From IMG/VR virus record IMGVR_UViG_3300027849_000012, positions 5,262 to 69,261 of that record: a DNA stretch of 64,000 nt. One strand, written 5' to 3'. This document shows positions 45,748 through 55,820 of the stretch, in pieces; within the stretch, counting starts at the first letter, position 1; every line of letters starts with the position of its first letter. Made by a program: the position numbers and the translations under genes. The notes beneath the pieces are model-generated. The model did no database searches, was not told where the DNA came from, and saw only the letters and a program-made list of their open reading frames with translations. This stretch comes from a virus.

Positions 45748-46809
45748 TTATACCACCTCCAAGTTCTGTGCTTCAGTGTAGAGTCCTCTCAATTTTACTT
45801 TTATATGCTCTTTATCAAGATCGGTATCAACTGCTTCGACATAGGTGTCTAATAACTCGGTGGTATCCTCTAAGGATATCTTTTCATCGTCTACACTTTC
45901 ACCTAAGTATTCCTCAAAGCTCTCTGCAATCTTGAGCTCATATGTATCCACACTTTGGAGTTTGTCTATGAATTTGTCGAACATATACAAATCCGACTTG
46001 TTTATCACTATCAACTTGATAAACTTATGGACGCAATCACTTAAATCATAGTCGCTGTAATCAACCTTTTGATCGTCATATATGATCTTTTTAAACATAG
46101 TAATAGGGTTTCTTACAGGGGTGAGCTCTCTAGTTTCGGTATCTAGCACGTGGAAATATTTAGGATCATCAACATCGGCCCAAGTGAATTCCATCTGTGA
46201 TCCAAGATAGTGTACGTTACCTTGACTAGATCTGGTATGGAAGTGACCTGTTAGAACACTCTCAAACCTAGAGAATATGTCTGCATTCATTCCGTGAGGG
46301 TTAGGCATACCAGCCATCATTTCAAAACCCTTTAACTCAAGGTGAGCACCAAGTATAGGAGCATTACAAGTCATAGCAAACTTGGTATATTCTTGATAGT
46401 TTTGGTTGTTTATCCAGGGTATAACACCGACCTTAAGGCCGTCATAATCTAAAACTGTAGGTTTCATTATGATATTTACATTGCTAGTAAAGTATCCAAG
46501 AAGTTCTTTAAGGGAACATAGTTCATTGGTGTTCTTAAAATACACATCATGGTTACCAGGAATGATATCCATAGTGATACCCATATCACGCATAGGCTCA
46601 AGAAAATGCTTACGATTGGCGTGGAGAGCTTTAAAGTTGACGAACTTTCTGTGCTCATAGTAATCACCTAAATGCAGTATGTTTATGATTCCATGTTCCT
46701 TTAGATAAGGAAAGAATATTTCCTCATAGAATCGAGCTTGATAGTTTAAAAATATATCTGATGAGTTTCTTACACCACAATGTGTATCGTTCAATATTGC
46801 TACTTTCAT
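45748..46809 (-). CDS. gp47: Recombination endonuclease subunit gp47 (Mre11/SbcD-like)
   Basis: NDTHCG, HLGD, GNHD, GHFH. Confidence 0.95.
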   Translation of the reverse strand: MKVAILNDTHCGVRNSSDIFLNYQARFYEEIFFPYLKEHGIINILHLGDYYEHRKFVNFKALHANRKHFLEPMRDMGITMDIIPGNHDVYFKNTNELCSLKELLGYFTSNVNIIMKPTVLDYDGLKVGVIPWINNQNYQEYTKFAMTCNAPILGAHLELKGFEMMAGMPNPHGMNADIFSRFESVLTGHFHTRSSQGNVHYLGSQMEFTWADVDDPKYFHVLDTETRELTPVRNPITMFKKIIYDDQKVDYSDYDLSDCVHKFIKLIVINKSDLYMFDKFIDKLQSVDTYELKIAESFEEYLGESVDDEKISLEDTTELLDTYVEAVDTDLDKEHIKVKLRGLYTEAQNLEVV

Positions 46810-46813
46810 AATA

Positions 46814-47386
46814 TTATACCATAAATAGTTCTAGTTTTTCCCGAGCTTTCTCTTCTTTAGCAAAGACCTTAATTGCTTCATCCTTGGTTTTAATAGTACT
46901 GATTCTTTGTCTTAATGTATCAACATAGTTCATAGTCTCTTGAGCGCCTTGGCCGTCCATTCCCATAGAAACAAAGTCTTCAATACCCATCTTTTCAATG
47001 AACTTAAACTTGATATCCTGTTGCTTCTTCTCTTTGGTTATTCGTCTGATAAAGGCGAAATAACAGATCTGAGTGAAGTATGAGAATGCATTAGGTTTAC
47101 CCGTACGTGTAGCGGTTTCAATGTTATAATTATTGATTGCTCTTAAACAGTTCTCAACAGCATCCATTACCATTTCTTCACGGTAAGTATAACGTACAAA
47201 GTTTGGTCTATGCGATAAACCCTCGGAAATCTTCATAAAGCACGTAGCAATATAATCAGGAACAACAGGTGGTCTAACCTCTCGTTGTTTAGAATCCCGG
47301 GCAATTACAGCATAATCAAACACAGCTTCTGAGAAGTCTCTATTGTTAACGTAATGTGGTTTTTCTTTCGGCTTAAGTTTGGTCAT
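46814..47386 (-). CDS. gp55: Late-transcription sigma factor gp55
   Basis: HYVNN, LSHRPNF..YTYREEM, NAFSYFTQICY.AFIRRI.KEKKQ. Confidence 0.93.
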   Translation of the reverse strand: MTKLKPKEKPHYVNNRDFSEAVFDYAVIARDSKQREVRPPVVPDYIATCFMKISEGLSHRPNFVRYTYREEMVMDAVENCLRAINNYNIETATRTGKPNAFSYFTQICYFAFIRRITKEKKQQDIKFKFIEKMGIEDFVSMGMDGQGAQETMNYVDTLRQRISTIKTKDEAIKVFAKEEKAREKLELFMV

Positions 47387-47407
47387 TGTTTTTCTCCATA
47401 ATAGTAT

Positions 47408-47436
47408 ATTATATCACACTTTAGGGCAAATGTAAA
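47408..47436 (-). promoter_or_regulatory. Early/middle promoter for gp55-47-46
   Basis: TTTACA-N17-TATAAT, extended TG. Confidence 0.75.
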
Positions 47437-47455
47437 CAACTATTTTTATTAAATT

Positions 47456-47509
47456 AAATGAAAATAAATGCAGAAAACACTTTACTTTTACTGCTAAATG
47501 TGATATAAT
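47456..47509 (+). promoter_or_regulatory. Divergent plus-strand early promoter with no downstream gene
   Basis: UP element AAATGAAAATAAATGCAGAAAACAC + TTTACT-N17-TATAAT (extended TG). Confidence 0.75.
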
Positions 47510-47545
47510 ATATAAGTCAACCGGAGGGGTAGAGGTATACCACTA

Positions 47546-47923
47546 TTAATGTACGGTTCTACCGTCCATATTATCATCTTCTTCTTCATCATACAGGTTA
47601 TCACTGAACTCTTTAAGTTTCTCAAGTAACTCCATATTGGATTGAGGTGTGGCTAGGTCACGTTTGGTCATTGCAAATTTAATATAGGACTCTTTTATAG
47701 ACTGTACCACGTTGCTTTCACCTACTATCTGGCTCTTGTCCAGTTTGTATGCTCTCTGATCTGAGAACGGGAACCATGGTGTGAACTGAAACCCACCCAT
47801 CATATTAAACTCTACTAATACAGGTGTCTCAACCATATACGTGTTGTCGTTATTATGTTGGATGAATGCTAGAACATCATCGCCATTGATCATCTTAAAA
47901 TGTCGTATATTAATATCTTCCAT
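47546..47923 (-). CDS. Sm-like conserved T4-like protein
   Basis: HFKMINGDDVL, TPWFPFSD; lies between uvsW and gp55. Confidence 0.7.
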   Translation of the reverse strand: MEDINIRHFKMINGDDVLAFIQHNNDNTYMVETPVLVEFNMMGGFQFTPWFPFSDQRAYKLDKSQIVGESNVVQSIKESYIKFAMTKRDLATPQSNMELLEKLKEFSDNLYDEEEDDNMDGRTVH

Positions 47924-47924
47924 A

Positions 47925-49436
47925 TTATATATTTATATCGTATAGCTTGTAGTCGAAGTGTTCCTTACTATAGATTTTAATCCTTTCAGCAGCATGCTGA
48001 AGAGTATAGTTCTTCTTGGACTTCCAATGTAAGTCATCAGCTATGTCATACACCTTAGTATTTTGGCCGTCTGATGACTTTCTTAGTCCCCTTCCGATAC
48101 TTTGGAGAACCCTAATTTGGCTCTTACTAGGACTAGCAAATACAATGTTATGTAAACGCTTAATATTAATACCAGTAGAAAATGTGCCCATACTAGCAAC
48201 AATAATTGCGTCATTTTGGGTTTCTGTGATAGCCCTAATTTCTTCCCTCGTGTCCACATCGGTCTCACCTGAGACATAGAATAACCTCCTAGCATTCCTT
48301 GGTAGTTCATTAAATTTCTTTTGCAACATGTCGTGTAGTGGTTTACCATGTTTGTCGACATATTGGAATAGTATAAGTGTGTTACCCTCGCAATCCATTG
48401 CTAGATTAGAAATAAAGTTATTCCTAGGCGTATATGATACTATAAAATCAAGCTCTTGTTGGTACGTCCCTTTGGATACAAGCTTACAATATTCAGGGCC
48501 GTACTTCAATAACAGTACATTAATATCCAACTGAGCTAGGTCGTTACTGTCCATAAGTTTCTTAGTAGTAGTAACTCTATGAACCGGCCCAAATAGACCT
48601 TCTAGGACAAGCTGATGTGTTTGTGTACCATCTAATGTTCCTGTAGTACCCATACGATATTTAGCCTCTGTGCATTTTTCGAGGATAGCAGTCAATGACT
48701 TAGCTTTAAAGTTATGTGCTTCGTCACCTACCACCATTCCAAATGGCTGGAACCACGCATGAGTCATTTTATAAATGGACTGCCATGTAGTTATTATAAC
48801 TCTAGGTTTAATATCATATTTCTCTTTGCCCGCATAAATCTTGTGGCAGTTCTCTGTGACGTTCCATTCATCAAACTGGGAATAGTCACCAAAGTCCGAA
48901 TACATCTGTTCAACCAAAGATGTTGTGGGTACAATCAGAAGTACACTCTGATCTGATTCTTCCAAGAAAAATCTAATAGATAGATAAATGATTAGCGACT
49001 TACCAGAAGCCGTAGGTGATAGTAGTAGTGACTGGCCATTAGTTAAAGCATGGTGTACTGCGTCCAACTGATAATCTCTAGGGGTTATCTTATCGCCGCC
49101 AGCAGTCAATGTCACCTCAGCCAACAATGACTCTAAATCAATGACATTCTGAGTACCAGCCATACCATAATAAGAATTAGGCTCAAACTCTAGGTCATAC
49201 TGTCTAGCATCGGCAAATTCTTTTAGATATTTGAACAGACCTGTATATAGAACTTTCTTCCTTAGATCATATAGTCTAATCTTGCCATCCCACATGCGAT
49301 TTTTATATGCAGGCATAAACTTATAACCCGGGACATAAAAACAGAAGTGTTCACTGAGTTCCATTTCTATAGAAGGATCTGTTGCAATCTCTAGGAAGGC
49401 TTCGTTTTTCTTCTTGATTTTGAGCGTGTCGACCAC
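47925..49436 (-). CDS. uvsW: SF2 helicase UvsW
   Basis: PRDYQ, SPTASGKS, DEAH, TGT, FSTGINI, QSIGRGLR. Confidence 0.95.
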   Translation of the reverse strand: MVDTLKIKKKNEAFLEIATDPSIEMELSEHFCFYVPGYKFMPAYKNRMWDGKIRLYDLRKKVLYTGLFKYLKEFADARQYDLEFEPNSYYGMAGTQNVIDLESLLAEVTLTAGGDKITPRDYQLDAVHHALTNGQSLLLSPTASGKSLIIYLSIRFFLEESDQSVLLIVPTTSLVEQMYSDFGDYSQFDEWNVTENCHKIYAGKEKYDIKPRVIITTWQSIYKMTHAWFQPFGMVVGDEAHNFKAKSLTAILEKCTEAKYRMGTTGTLDGTQTHQLVLEGLFGPVHRVTTTKKLMDSNDLAQLDINVLLLKYGPEYCKLVSKGTYQQELDFIVSYTPRNNFISNLAMDCEGNTLILFQYVDKHGKPLHDMLQKKFNELPRNARRLFYVSGETDVDTREEIRAITETQNDAIIVASMGTFSTGINIKRLHNIVFASPSKSQIRVLQSIGRGLRKSSDGQNTKVYDIADDLHWKSKKNYTLQHAAERIKIYSKEHFDYKLYDINI

Positions 49437-49594
49437 TGAATAGTTCCATTGTAAAGTGTATAGTTATATTTATTAGTGCTCAAAGTGATACCATCAAAGT
49501 CGAGGATCTTTTCATTTGAGTTAGCTTGGATGTAGTCTCTTAGTTGTGAAAGCGAATTCCACCGGCCGTTACGTTTTTCTATCTGTTCTATCAT
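49391..49594 (-). CDS. Hypothetical protein
   Basis: Short ORF coupled between uvsY and uvsW. Confidence 0.55.
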   Translation of the reverse strand: MIEQIEKRNGRWNSLSQLRDYIQANSNEKILDFDGITLSTNKYNYTLYNGTIQWSTRSKSRRKTKPS

Positions 49595-49595
49595 A

Positions 49596-50042
49596 TTATA
49601 CGCCACTAGTGAATTTTCTCCACTCGATCATATTCTTGATATTCTGATGTCTCCACTTCACATTTTCCATGATCTCTTTAAGTATATCACACATCTCTTT
49701 TTGGTATTCAATTCGTGCCTGTGCCTTTTGAATTATAGGGTCGGCATCATACCACTTATCCATATCGCCTTTCAGTACGGTCAGGCCATTTAGTGGATCG
49801 TATTCCCACCCCTTACTATCTAATTCTACTTGTGATAGTTTCCCGTTGTAGTGCATGAACTTATCTCTAAGCGTAATCTTAAAGTCAAGCTCTAGCTTCT
49901 TCAACGTCATTCTATTAACGCTTAGTAGTTCTAGGTATTTGGAGTGTAATTTGGCTGAATCTCTGGAGGTTTCGTCCAATCTCATTTCATCAATGATGGA
50001 GTCCTTCTTCCACATATCCAGTATTTTTTCTAAGTTATTCAT
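49596..50042 (-). CDS. uvsY: Recombination mediator UvsY
   Basis: WKKDSIID, LHSKYL, YDAD, IKNMIEWRKF. Confidence 0.9.
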   Translation of the reverse strand: MNNLEKILDMWKKDSIIDEMRLDETSRDSAKLHSKYLELLSVNRMTLKKLELDFKITLRDKFMHYNGKLSQVELDSKGWEYDPLNGLTVLKGDMDKWYDADPIIQKAQARIEYQKEMCDILKEIMENVKWRHQNIKNMIEWRKFTSGV

Positions 50043-50084
50043 TATGTGCTCTCACTGGTTTAAGAATAGTCTGTTTTAAGTACT

Positions 50085-50113
50085 ATTATACTATAAAACC
50101 AACCAAAAGTAAA
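50085..50113 (-). promoter_or_regulatory. Early/middle promoter for uvsY
   Basis: TTTACT-N17-TATAAT. Confidence 0.65.
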
Positions 50114-50116
50114 CCA

Positions 50117-50578
50117 TTATTTTACTTCAAAGTATGTATATTTAAAGGTTGCATCCGCTTGCAGATACTCAATGTCGGTTTGTTGCGTTGAAAATTCTAG
50201 TGCAGATAGTGATGTTGGGAAACAATCTCTGAATGTGATTTCCTTAGAGACATTGTTGTGTGAAGTTAGTATGCTTAAAGTAGCATCAAACTTATAATTT
50301 TCGCCATCATTAATAATGTTATGCATCCAATTGAACATTTCGATGTAATTATCCATGTCTTCGGTTACATTAAAACGAATAGCTAGATCACTAAAGGTCA
50401 ACCTATCACCAGTAAACGCGATATTTGAACCTCTGTATGGAGTAGCGGCTTCGGCTAGAGAGATGTCAGGTAGAGTGACAGCAGTACAAAAATATCCCAC
50501 ATTTGGAAAACTTGCTTCATCTATTTTAAACTGAAACCCTGTAGGGCTCAGAAAATTCTTGTTTGTAGTTAATGGCAT
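50117..50578 (-). CDS. gp3: Tail tube terminator / tail completion protein gp3
   Basis: NFLSPTGF, FNVTEDMDNY.E..NW, FPTSLS; tail-tube fold; follows gp23 as in marine T4-like phages. Confidence 0.8.
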   Translation of the reverse strand: MPLTTNKNFLSPTGFQFKIDEASFPNVGYFCTAVTLPDISLAEAATPYRGSNIAFTGDRLTFSDLAIRFNVTEDMDNYIEMFNWMHNIINDGENYKFDATLSILTSHNNVSKEITFRDCFPTSLSALEFSTQQTDIEYLQADATFKYTYFEVK

Positions 50579-50599
50579 ATTTATTATCCTCTATGATAT

Positions 50600-50607
50600 T
50601 ATTTATA
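50600..50607 (-). promoter_or_regulatory. T4 late promoter
   Basis: TATAAATA. Confidence 0.75.
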
Positions 50608-50612
50608 CACAT

Positions 50613-50637
50613 AAAAAAAGGGATTCCGAAGAATCCC
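50613..50637 (-). terminator. Intrinsic terminator after gp23 (UUCG tetraloop)
   Basis: GGGATTC-TTCG-GAATCCC-TTTTTTT. Confidence 0.9.
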
Positions 50638-50668
50638 TTTTAAACGTTTCAAGTTAGACTTGATGTGT

Positions 50669-51997
50669 TTACGCCATGATATTGTCGACTCTAAAGATTC
50701 TGAAGTAAGGGTTAGCACGATTAGTACCAGCTCCTGCTGCAGTTCCTACGAATGGGTTCTGTTGAACGCCATATCTAGTCTTGAAACCAATTCTTGGCTG
50801 GAAGTCATTCTCGCCAACAGCTTTAACCATAGTTAAAGGTACGTATGGGCAGTAGAAAATACCAGCATCATACGGGTTTTGGCCTCTATAACCAACACAA
50901 GCAAAGTCGCCTGTAGCATAAGGATCAATATAGACTTTCATTCTTCCGTTAAGTACACCAGCAAAAGTATTACCAGTATCATCAACATTCAAAGTAGTAG
51001 CAAGTGCAGGACTGTAATCCAATACACCAGCAGCAGCAAGTGCAGAAGCAACATCAGAAGAACAAAGAACAAAGTTGCCCTTTCCACGTCTAGTTTCTTT
51101 AGCAATTACGTTAGCTTCTCTTTCAAGTTGCATTACTAGGCCTTTGAACTTCTCAGCCATCCAACGTCCGTCTGAATCAGAACTCATGTTGAAGATACCA
51201 GAGATAGCAGTTGAAGCCTGAAGAGCACCAATCTTAGCTTTAGTAAGAACTGTTCTAACCATTTCTCTGTTGATTTCCGCAAGGATTTCAGAAGAAAGGA
51301 TGTTAGCAAGTTCTGCTTCAGCATCTAGACCGTGTACAGCTTTAAGGTCTTGAGCAAGTTCCATAGTGTACTCAGCTTTAAGAGCTCTAGAAGTTGCAGT
51401 AACAGTAGCTTTCTCAATTGAGAATGCCATTTCACCGAAAGATCCATCGCCAGATGCGCCAACACCTAGTCTTTCTGCAGCAGCAGTAGTAAGGCCAGCA
51501 CCGTGAGTAGAAACTGTATCAGCTTCGTCAGCAATAGTAGCATCCGAATCGGCATCACTAACACCAACAAGACCAGTAGGATCTGCTTGATGAGTACCAG
51601 TACCAGAGAAATCGGTATCAGCTTCATCATGAAGAGCTTCAGTTCCACCCTGAGTACTATATCTAGACTTCATTGCAAAGATAAGACCAGTAGGTCCAGT
51701 CATTGGCTGAACGCCAGCGATATCATAAGCAATAAGGTTAGGCATTGCACGTCTTACCAAAGAGATAAGAACGGGATCAAAAGTACCGAGTGCAGCAGCA
51801 CCGATGTTGTTAGCAGCAGCTGCTTCAGAAATCATATTTCCTTGGCTGCTTCTTTGGTCTTCTCTCAAAGACATTTCTTGGTTTTCCAACAAGCGAGCTA
51901 CAGTAGCCTTCTTGTGCTTATCAGTAATAGAAGGCACTTCAGCGTGCTCTAGTACTGGGTTCCATTTTTCAATTAAGTTTGAATCTGTGTTAAACAT
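50669..51997 (-). CDS. gp23: Major capsid protein gp23
   Basis: LVRRAMPNLIAYDIAGVQPMTGPTGLIFAM, SRALKAEY, EINRE, FYCPYVPL, IGFKTRYG. Confidence 0.98.
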   Translation of the reverse strand: MFNTDSNLIEKWNPVLEHAEVPSITDKHKKATVARLLENQEMSLREDQRSSQGNMISEAAAANNIGAAALGTFDPVLISLVRRAMPNLIAYDIAGVQPMTGPTGLIFAMKSRYSTQGGTEALHDEADTDFSGTGTHQADPTGLVGVSDADSDATIADEADTVSTHGAGLTTAAAERLGVGASGDGSFGEMAFSIEKATVTATSRALKAEYTMELAQDLKAVHGLDAEAELANILSSEILAEINREMVRTVLTKAKIGALQASTAISGIFNMSSDSDGRWMAEKFKGLVMQLEREANVIAKETRRGKGNFVLCSSDVASALAAAGVLDYSPALATTLNVDDTGNTFAGVLNGRMKVYIDPYATGDFACVGYRGQNPYDAGIFYCPYVPLTMVKAVGENDFQPRIGFKTRYGVQQNPFVGTAAGAGTNRANPYFRIFRVDNIMA

Positions 51998-52018
51998 TTT
52001 ATGTTTCCCCTGTTAAGA

Positions 52019-53146
52019 TTATTTGTTATAGTTTGAGATAGCTTGTGAGTATCTAGACATAGAGTCAGAATTTACAGCAACTGGTGCTGAATCATTCCCT
52101 ACTACGGCAGATGCCTCGTCCACTGATTCGCTAATATCTTTAGTAAAGTAAGATTCTCTAACAACTTTAACTTTCATTTCAAAGTTATCTTTGTTATCGA
52201 ACTCAATGTCTTCAACTAAAGAAGATAGTTTTTCAGCTTCTGTGTGAGCAAGTCCCGAAGATTGTTCTCTAACTACTTCTGATCTTTCTAAAGTCTGAAC
52301 AGACTCATGTAGTTGGATATTATCTTCTGTGGTTTTGTTTAAAGTTTCTTCAAGTTCAGCAACCTGTGAAGACAGTTCGTCTACTAGGTCAACCTTACCT
52401 TCTGGAACTTCGATGTAATGTTCTTTGAACACTGATTGAAGCGAAGTCATGAATTCATTAGCAATTTCAGTCCTAAGACCTTCTGTTACTGCAACTTCAT
52501 TTTCTTTCATCCAGTTAGAGACTACATAGTTCAAGTAGGAATCAACCTTCTCAACTAATTCACCTTTAACATCGGATACTTCTTCTTCTAAGTTCTGCGC
52601 GTATTCAGTTTCTAGCCTTTCAACTTCATGAGCTAACTTACTAGTAAGTACAGCTTCAAAAATCGCTCCAGCCTTTCCTCTAAATGCATCAGATAAAGTA
52701 GCTTCTTCTGCAATCATTGCATCCAAATCTTCTTCAAAGTCTACAGATTCAACCTTAGCTTTGGCCTTTGATTCAGCTTTAGACTCTTCATCATCGTCTT
52801 CGTCTTTATCATCGGTTTCGCTTACAGCAGTCATCTTTGCAAACATCTTTTGCGCGTCTTCTTTTCTAGCAGCTTTCAACATATCAACGGCAGCTTGAAT
52901 TACACCAGCTTTGGTTTTCGGTGTAGTAGGTGCAGCTTCTTTGACTTCTTCGTCATCTTCAGCTTCATCTTCTGCATCGTCTTCCTCAGACTCGTCTTCC
53001 TTCACTTTACCTTTAGCTTCATCAAGAACTTCTTCGTCTTCAACTTGTTGGTCTTCAACGAGCTCGTTCTCAAGCTCTTCAGCATTTTCTGATATGTCTT
53101 CTAGACCTACTAGAGTTTCATCTAGTTTATTTTCGTCTTTTGACAT
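52019..53146 (-). CDS. gp22: Prohead core scaffold gp22
   Basis: Acidic; IFEAV, VDSYLNYVV..W..EN; between gp21 and gp23. Confidence 0.9.
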   Translation of the reverse strand: MSKDENKLDETLVGLEDISENAEELENELVEDQQVEDEEVLDEAKGKVKEDESEEDDAEDEAEDDEEVKEAAPTTPKTKAGVIQAAVDMLKAARKEDAQKMFAKMTAVSETDDKDEDDDEESKAESKAKAKVESVDFEEDLDAMIAEEATLSDAFRGKAGAIFEAVLTSKLAHEVERLETEYAQNLEEEVSDVKGELVEKVDSYLNYVVSNWMKENEVAVTEGLRTEIANEFMTSLQSVFKEHYIEVPEGKVDLVDELSSQVAELEETLNKTTEDNIQLHESVQTLERSEVVREQSSGLAHTEAEKLSSLVEDIEFDNKDNFEMKVKVVRESYFTKDISESVDEASAVVGNDSAPVAVNSDSMSRYSQAISNYNK

Positions 53147-53161
53147 TTTTGTATTCTCCTA

Positions 53162-53818
53162 TTAAGAATTTACAAGTTTAGAGAGGAAATTCTTAAAAGC
53201 TTTAATCTCAATATCCGACGAACGCATACCTCGAGCTTCCCTTATTTCAGTCTCAATTTTTTCAATTTCTTGTGGACAAAGAATACCGTTTTCCCATATC
53301 CATTCAACACCTTCCATGATTCCATTGACAAAAGCCTCTGGAGCGGAAGGGTCTTGGACTATATCTACAGTGGATAACATAAAGTCATCTCCCACATACG
53401 ACGTTCCTTTCTTGTTCACAAGAGTTCCCATACCACGACTTGATACACCAAGCTTAACTCCACCTTCAAGAAGACCTTCAACGATCTTGCCCATAGGGGT
53501 ATTAAGAATTGATGCTTTTCCTACAACATTACTACCTTCAAAACGAAGTTCAGTAATTTTGTGTGAAACTTTATCTAAGTTAATGGTCGGACCTTCGGGA
53601 TGATTTAGTTCACCCACTGCTCGACCAGTACTTACCTGTTCTTTTACATACTTATTCACAGCACTTTCTAAAATGCGCTTCTCGTATATTCTGCCGTTCC
53701 TATTTTTAGAATCGGCTTGCATGAAAACACCCTCAATGAAATAACTCTTTGTGCCGTCTTTTTTGGCCTCAGTTATAACTTCAAGGTCACTATCATGATA
53801 CTCACTAATCAGTCTCAT
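53162..53818 (-). CDS. gp21: Prohead protease gp21
   Basis: NRNGRIY, GELNHP, GVSSRGMG, DIVQDPSAPEA. Confidence 0.95.
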   Translation of the reverse strand: MRLISEYHDSDLEVITEAKKDGTKSYFIEGVFMQADSKNRNGRIYEKRILESAVNKYVKEQVSTGRAVGELNHPEGPTINLDKVSHKITELRFEGSNVVGKASILNTPMGKIVEGLLEGGVKLGVSSRGMGTLVNKKGTSYVGDDFMLSTVDIVQDPSAPEAFVNGIMEGVEWIWENGILCPQEIEKIETEIREARGMRSSDIEIKAFKNFLSKLVNS

Positions 53819-54048
53819 TCTAGTTCTTCTCCCATTAATTTTATAAAATCATTTGCAGATTTTTCTGCATCTTTAGGCGACTTAAAGCTATCATCTAGCT
53901 TATCGCCGTTAATATATACAATGTACTTTGATCCCTTCTGGGATATGACAATGTCTACCTTCTTAGATTTACCACCCTTAAAAGCATTAACCTGTTTTTC
54001 GCCGGAACCAAGTGTAAACTTCTCTCGGAGTTCTGCAAATGATTGCAT
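53815..54048 (-). CDS. Prohead core protein (gp68-like position)
   Basis: MQSFAELRE leader; synteny. Confidence 0.55.
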   Translation of the reverse strand: MQSFAELREKFTLGSGEKQVNAFKGGKSKKVDIVISQKGSKYIVYINGDKLDDSFKSPKDAEKSANDFIKLMGEELE

Positions 54049-54050
54049 TG

Positions 54051-54212
54051 TTATTCCTCTTCTGTAGAAGCTTTACCTATCTGAGATGCGATATCAATCT
54101 TTTTTGCATCTAGGGCAGTTTGCATTTTACTTGACATTAGTCCTTCAAAGTCTTTTTGAGCTTGTACGTTATCACCGCCCTTTAAACTATCCACTAAATT
54201 TTCTATTGTCAT
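54051..54212 (-). CDS. Prohead core protein (gp67-like)
   Basis: MTIENLVDSLKGGDNVQAQKDFEGLMSSKMQTALDAKKIDIA; SD AAGGAG; synteny. Confidence 0.7.
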   Translation of the reverse strand: MTIENLVDSLKGGDNVQAQKDFEGLMSSKMQTALDAKKIDIASQIGKASTEEE

Positions 54213-54229
54213 TGTATGTTCTCCTTATA

Positions 54230-54237
54230 TATTTATA
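54230..54237 (-). promoter_or_regulatory. T4 late promoter
   Basis: TATAAATA. Confidence 0.75.
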
Positions 54238-54255
54238 CAAAATGATCCTTCTGGC

Positions 54256-55755
54256 TTAATCATCCCACCTAGGATCGTCATCTTCTGGCGCATCAAGCTC
54301 ACCAGCTTTTTTCTCAGCTTCAATCTGTTTCTGCATATCTTTGATATCATCATCAGTTTGACGTAGAATACTCTTTCTTACCCATTCATTAGATATATAC
54401 TTACCCACGTATTCATCTACTGAAGCTAACATTTCAAACCGTTCTCTTACGATCTCAGTTTCTTTTAGCTCGGCAAAATAGTTATCTTCGATATAATCAA
54501 ACGCAATATAACTCTTCCAATCGTGCCAATCTTCTTTAGTGATAATACCTTTCAGTAATAGTTGTGTTTTAAGTAGCTGCATGAATGTATCAGAGAATCT
54601 CTTCCGTAATCTATCAATAAACTTCTTAAACTTAATCTCATCACGTGATATTTCAGTGCTTCTACCTAAGGAGAATGTGTTCTCCGACTCCAATCTTTGA
54701 GCAGGAACATTGAGAGACTTGTATAGCTTCTTTTGGAAGTATATGATATCATCTATCTGACCTAGGTTTTCGCCACCAGGCAATGTAGTGATTTCTGTAC
54801 CCCTACCACCTTCTCTACGCGGCAAGAAGAAATCTTCCAGCATTGACATATGCTTACGATCATCTTTAATGTCACCAGTAGAAGCATCATATACCAGTTT
54901 ATTTCTATACTGATTCATAATGCCTTTTAAATATTCTTCTGCTTTACCCTTAGGTAAGTTACCCACGTCAATATAAAAGATTCTTCGCTCTGGTGCTCTA
55001 CTTATTCTGTAGATTACCAACGAGTCTTCCATCATCCTTAACTGATTAACTGGCTTAATAGCCTTCTGCAGATATGATAAAATTCGTTTTCTAGTTGGGT
55101 CTAACATACCCGATGTTGAATACATGATAGAATCGGGGTGTATCCGAACACCTTGCCCACCAGCTGCCATTCCTTCGTCTTGAAACAAGAAGTATTCCTG
55201 TTGATTGACGATGATCGTTGCACCTGTTTTAGGGTCTTTCTTTTCTTCGATTTCTTTAACCTTCCTAAGTTTAGTAGGGTCAATGTATCGTAATTCTTTA
55301 ATACCTTGCAATGGTTTCTTATCATCAATAATGATGTGATAAGGTAGTCTACCATCTATGTACCACTTTCTGAATATATCATGAGCATGGGAATTGAAAT
55401 TCAATAATGATAGAATCTCTTCAAACTCTTCTCTCACAGTATCTTTAATCTTGTCTGAGATATCAAGTTGATCTAAAACTAAATTGACAGGTGATTCATC
55501 ATTGTCGCCTATGATAGCTTCATTGACAATGTCTTCAACCGCGGCATCGCATTCTGGTTGAGCAGCAACGTCTCTATACTTTAAAATTAGTTCTATTTCG
55601 TTCTTGGATTTATCACCATCCAAATCCAAATACGCACCAAAGTGACCGCCGGTGGTGATTACACCAGTTCCGTCCTCGTCAGTTTCGGGTACAAATGAGG
55701 GCCGTATAGGTTCCTCACCTTTCTTCTTTATCTCAAATCCAAAAAATTCAGCCAT
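54256..55755 (-). CDS. gp20: Portal protein gp20
   Basis: WYIDGR, NQLRMMEDSLVIYRISRAPERRIFYIDVGN, LPRREGGRGTEITTLPG. Confidence 0.97.
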   Translation of the reverse strand: MAEFFGFEIKKKGEEPIRPSFVPETDEDGTGVITTGGHFGAYLDLDGDKSKNEIELILKYRDVAAQPECDAAVEDIVNEAIIGDNDESPVNLVLDQLDISDKIKDTVREEFEEILSLLNFNSHAHDIFRKWYIDGRLPYHIIIDDKKPLQGIKELRYIDPTKLRKVKEIEEKKDPKTGATIIVNQQEYFLFQDEGMAAGGQGVRIHPDSIMYSTSGMLDPTRKRILSYLQKAIKPVNQLRMMEDSLVIYRISRAPERRIFYIDVGNLPKGKAEEYLKGIMNQYRNKLVYDASTGDIKDDRKHMSMLEDFFLPRREGGRGTEITTLPGGENLGQIDDIIYFQKKLYKSLNVPAQRLESENTFSLGRSTEISRDEIKFKKFIDRLRKRFSDTFMQLLKTQLLLKGIITKEDWHDWKSYIAFDYIEDNYFAELKETEIVRERFEMLASVDEYVGKYISNEWVRKSILRQTDDDIKDMQKQIEAEKKAGELDAPEDDDPRWDD

Positions 55756-55777
55756 GTCTTATCCTCTAATAATGTCG

Positions 55778-55813
55778 GGAGGGGCAAAACCCCTCCTTCT
55801 ATTATTATTTATA
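55778..55813 (-). promoter_or_regulatory. Late promoter plus 5' leader hairpin of gp20
   Basis: TATAAATA at 55806-55813; GGAGGGG/CCCCTCC stem at 55778-55796. Confidence 0.7.
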
Positions 55814-55820
55814 CACCAAA

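Noticed and set aside
47930-47937. TATAAATA matches at 47930 and 25146
   Set aside because: Both lie inside the last codons of genes and too close to the next start to be confidently called promoters.
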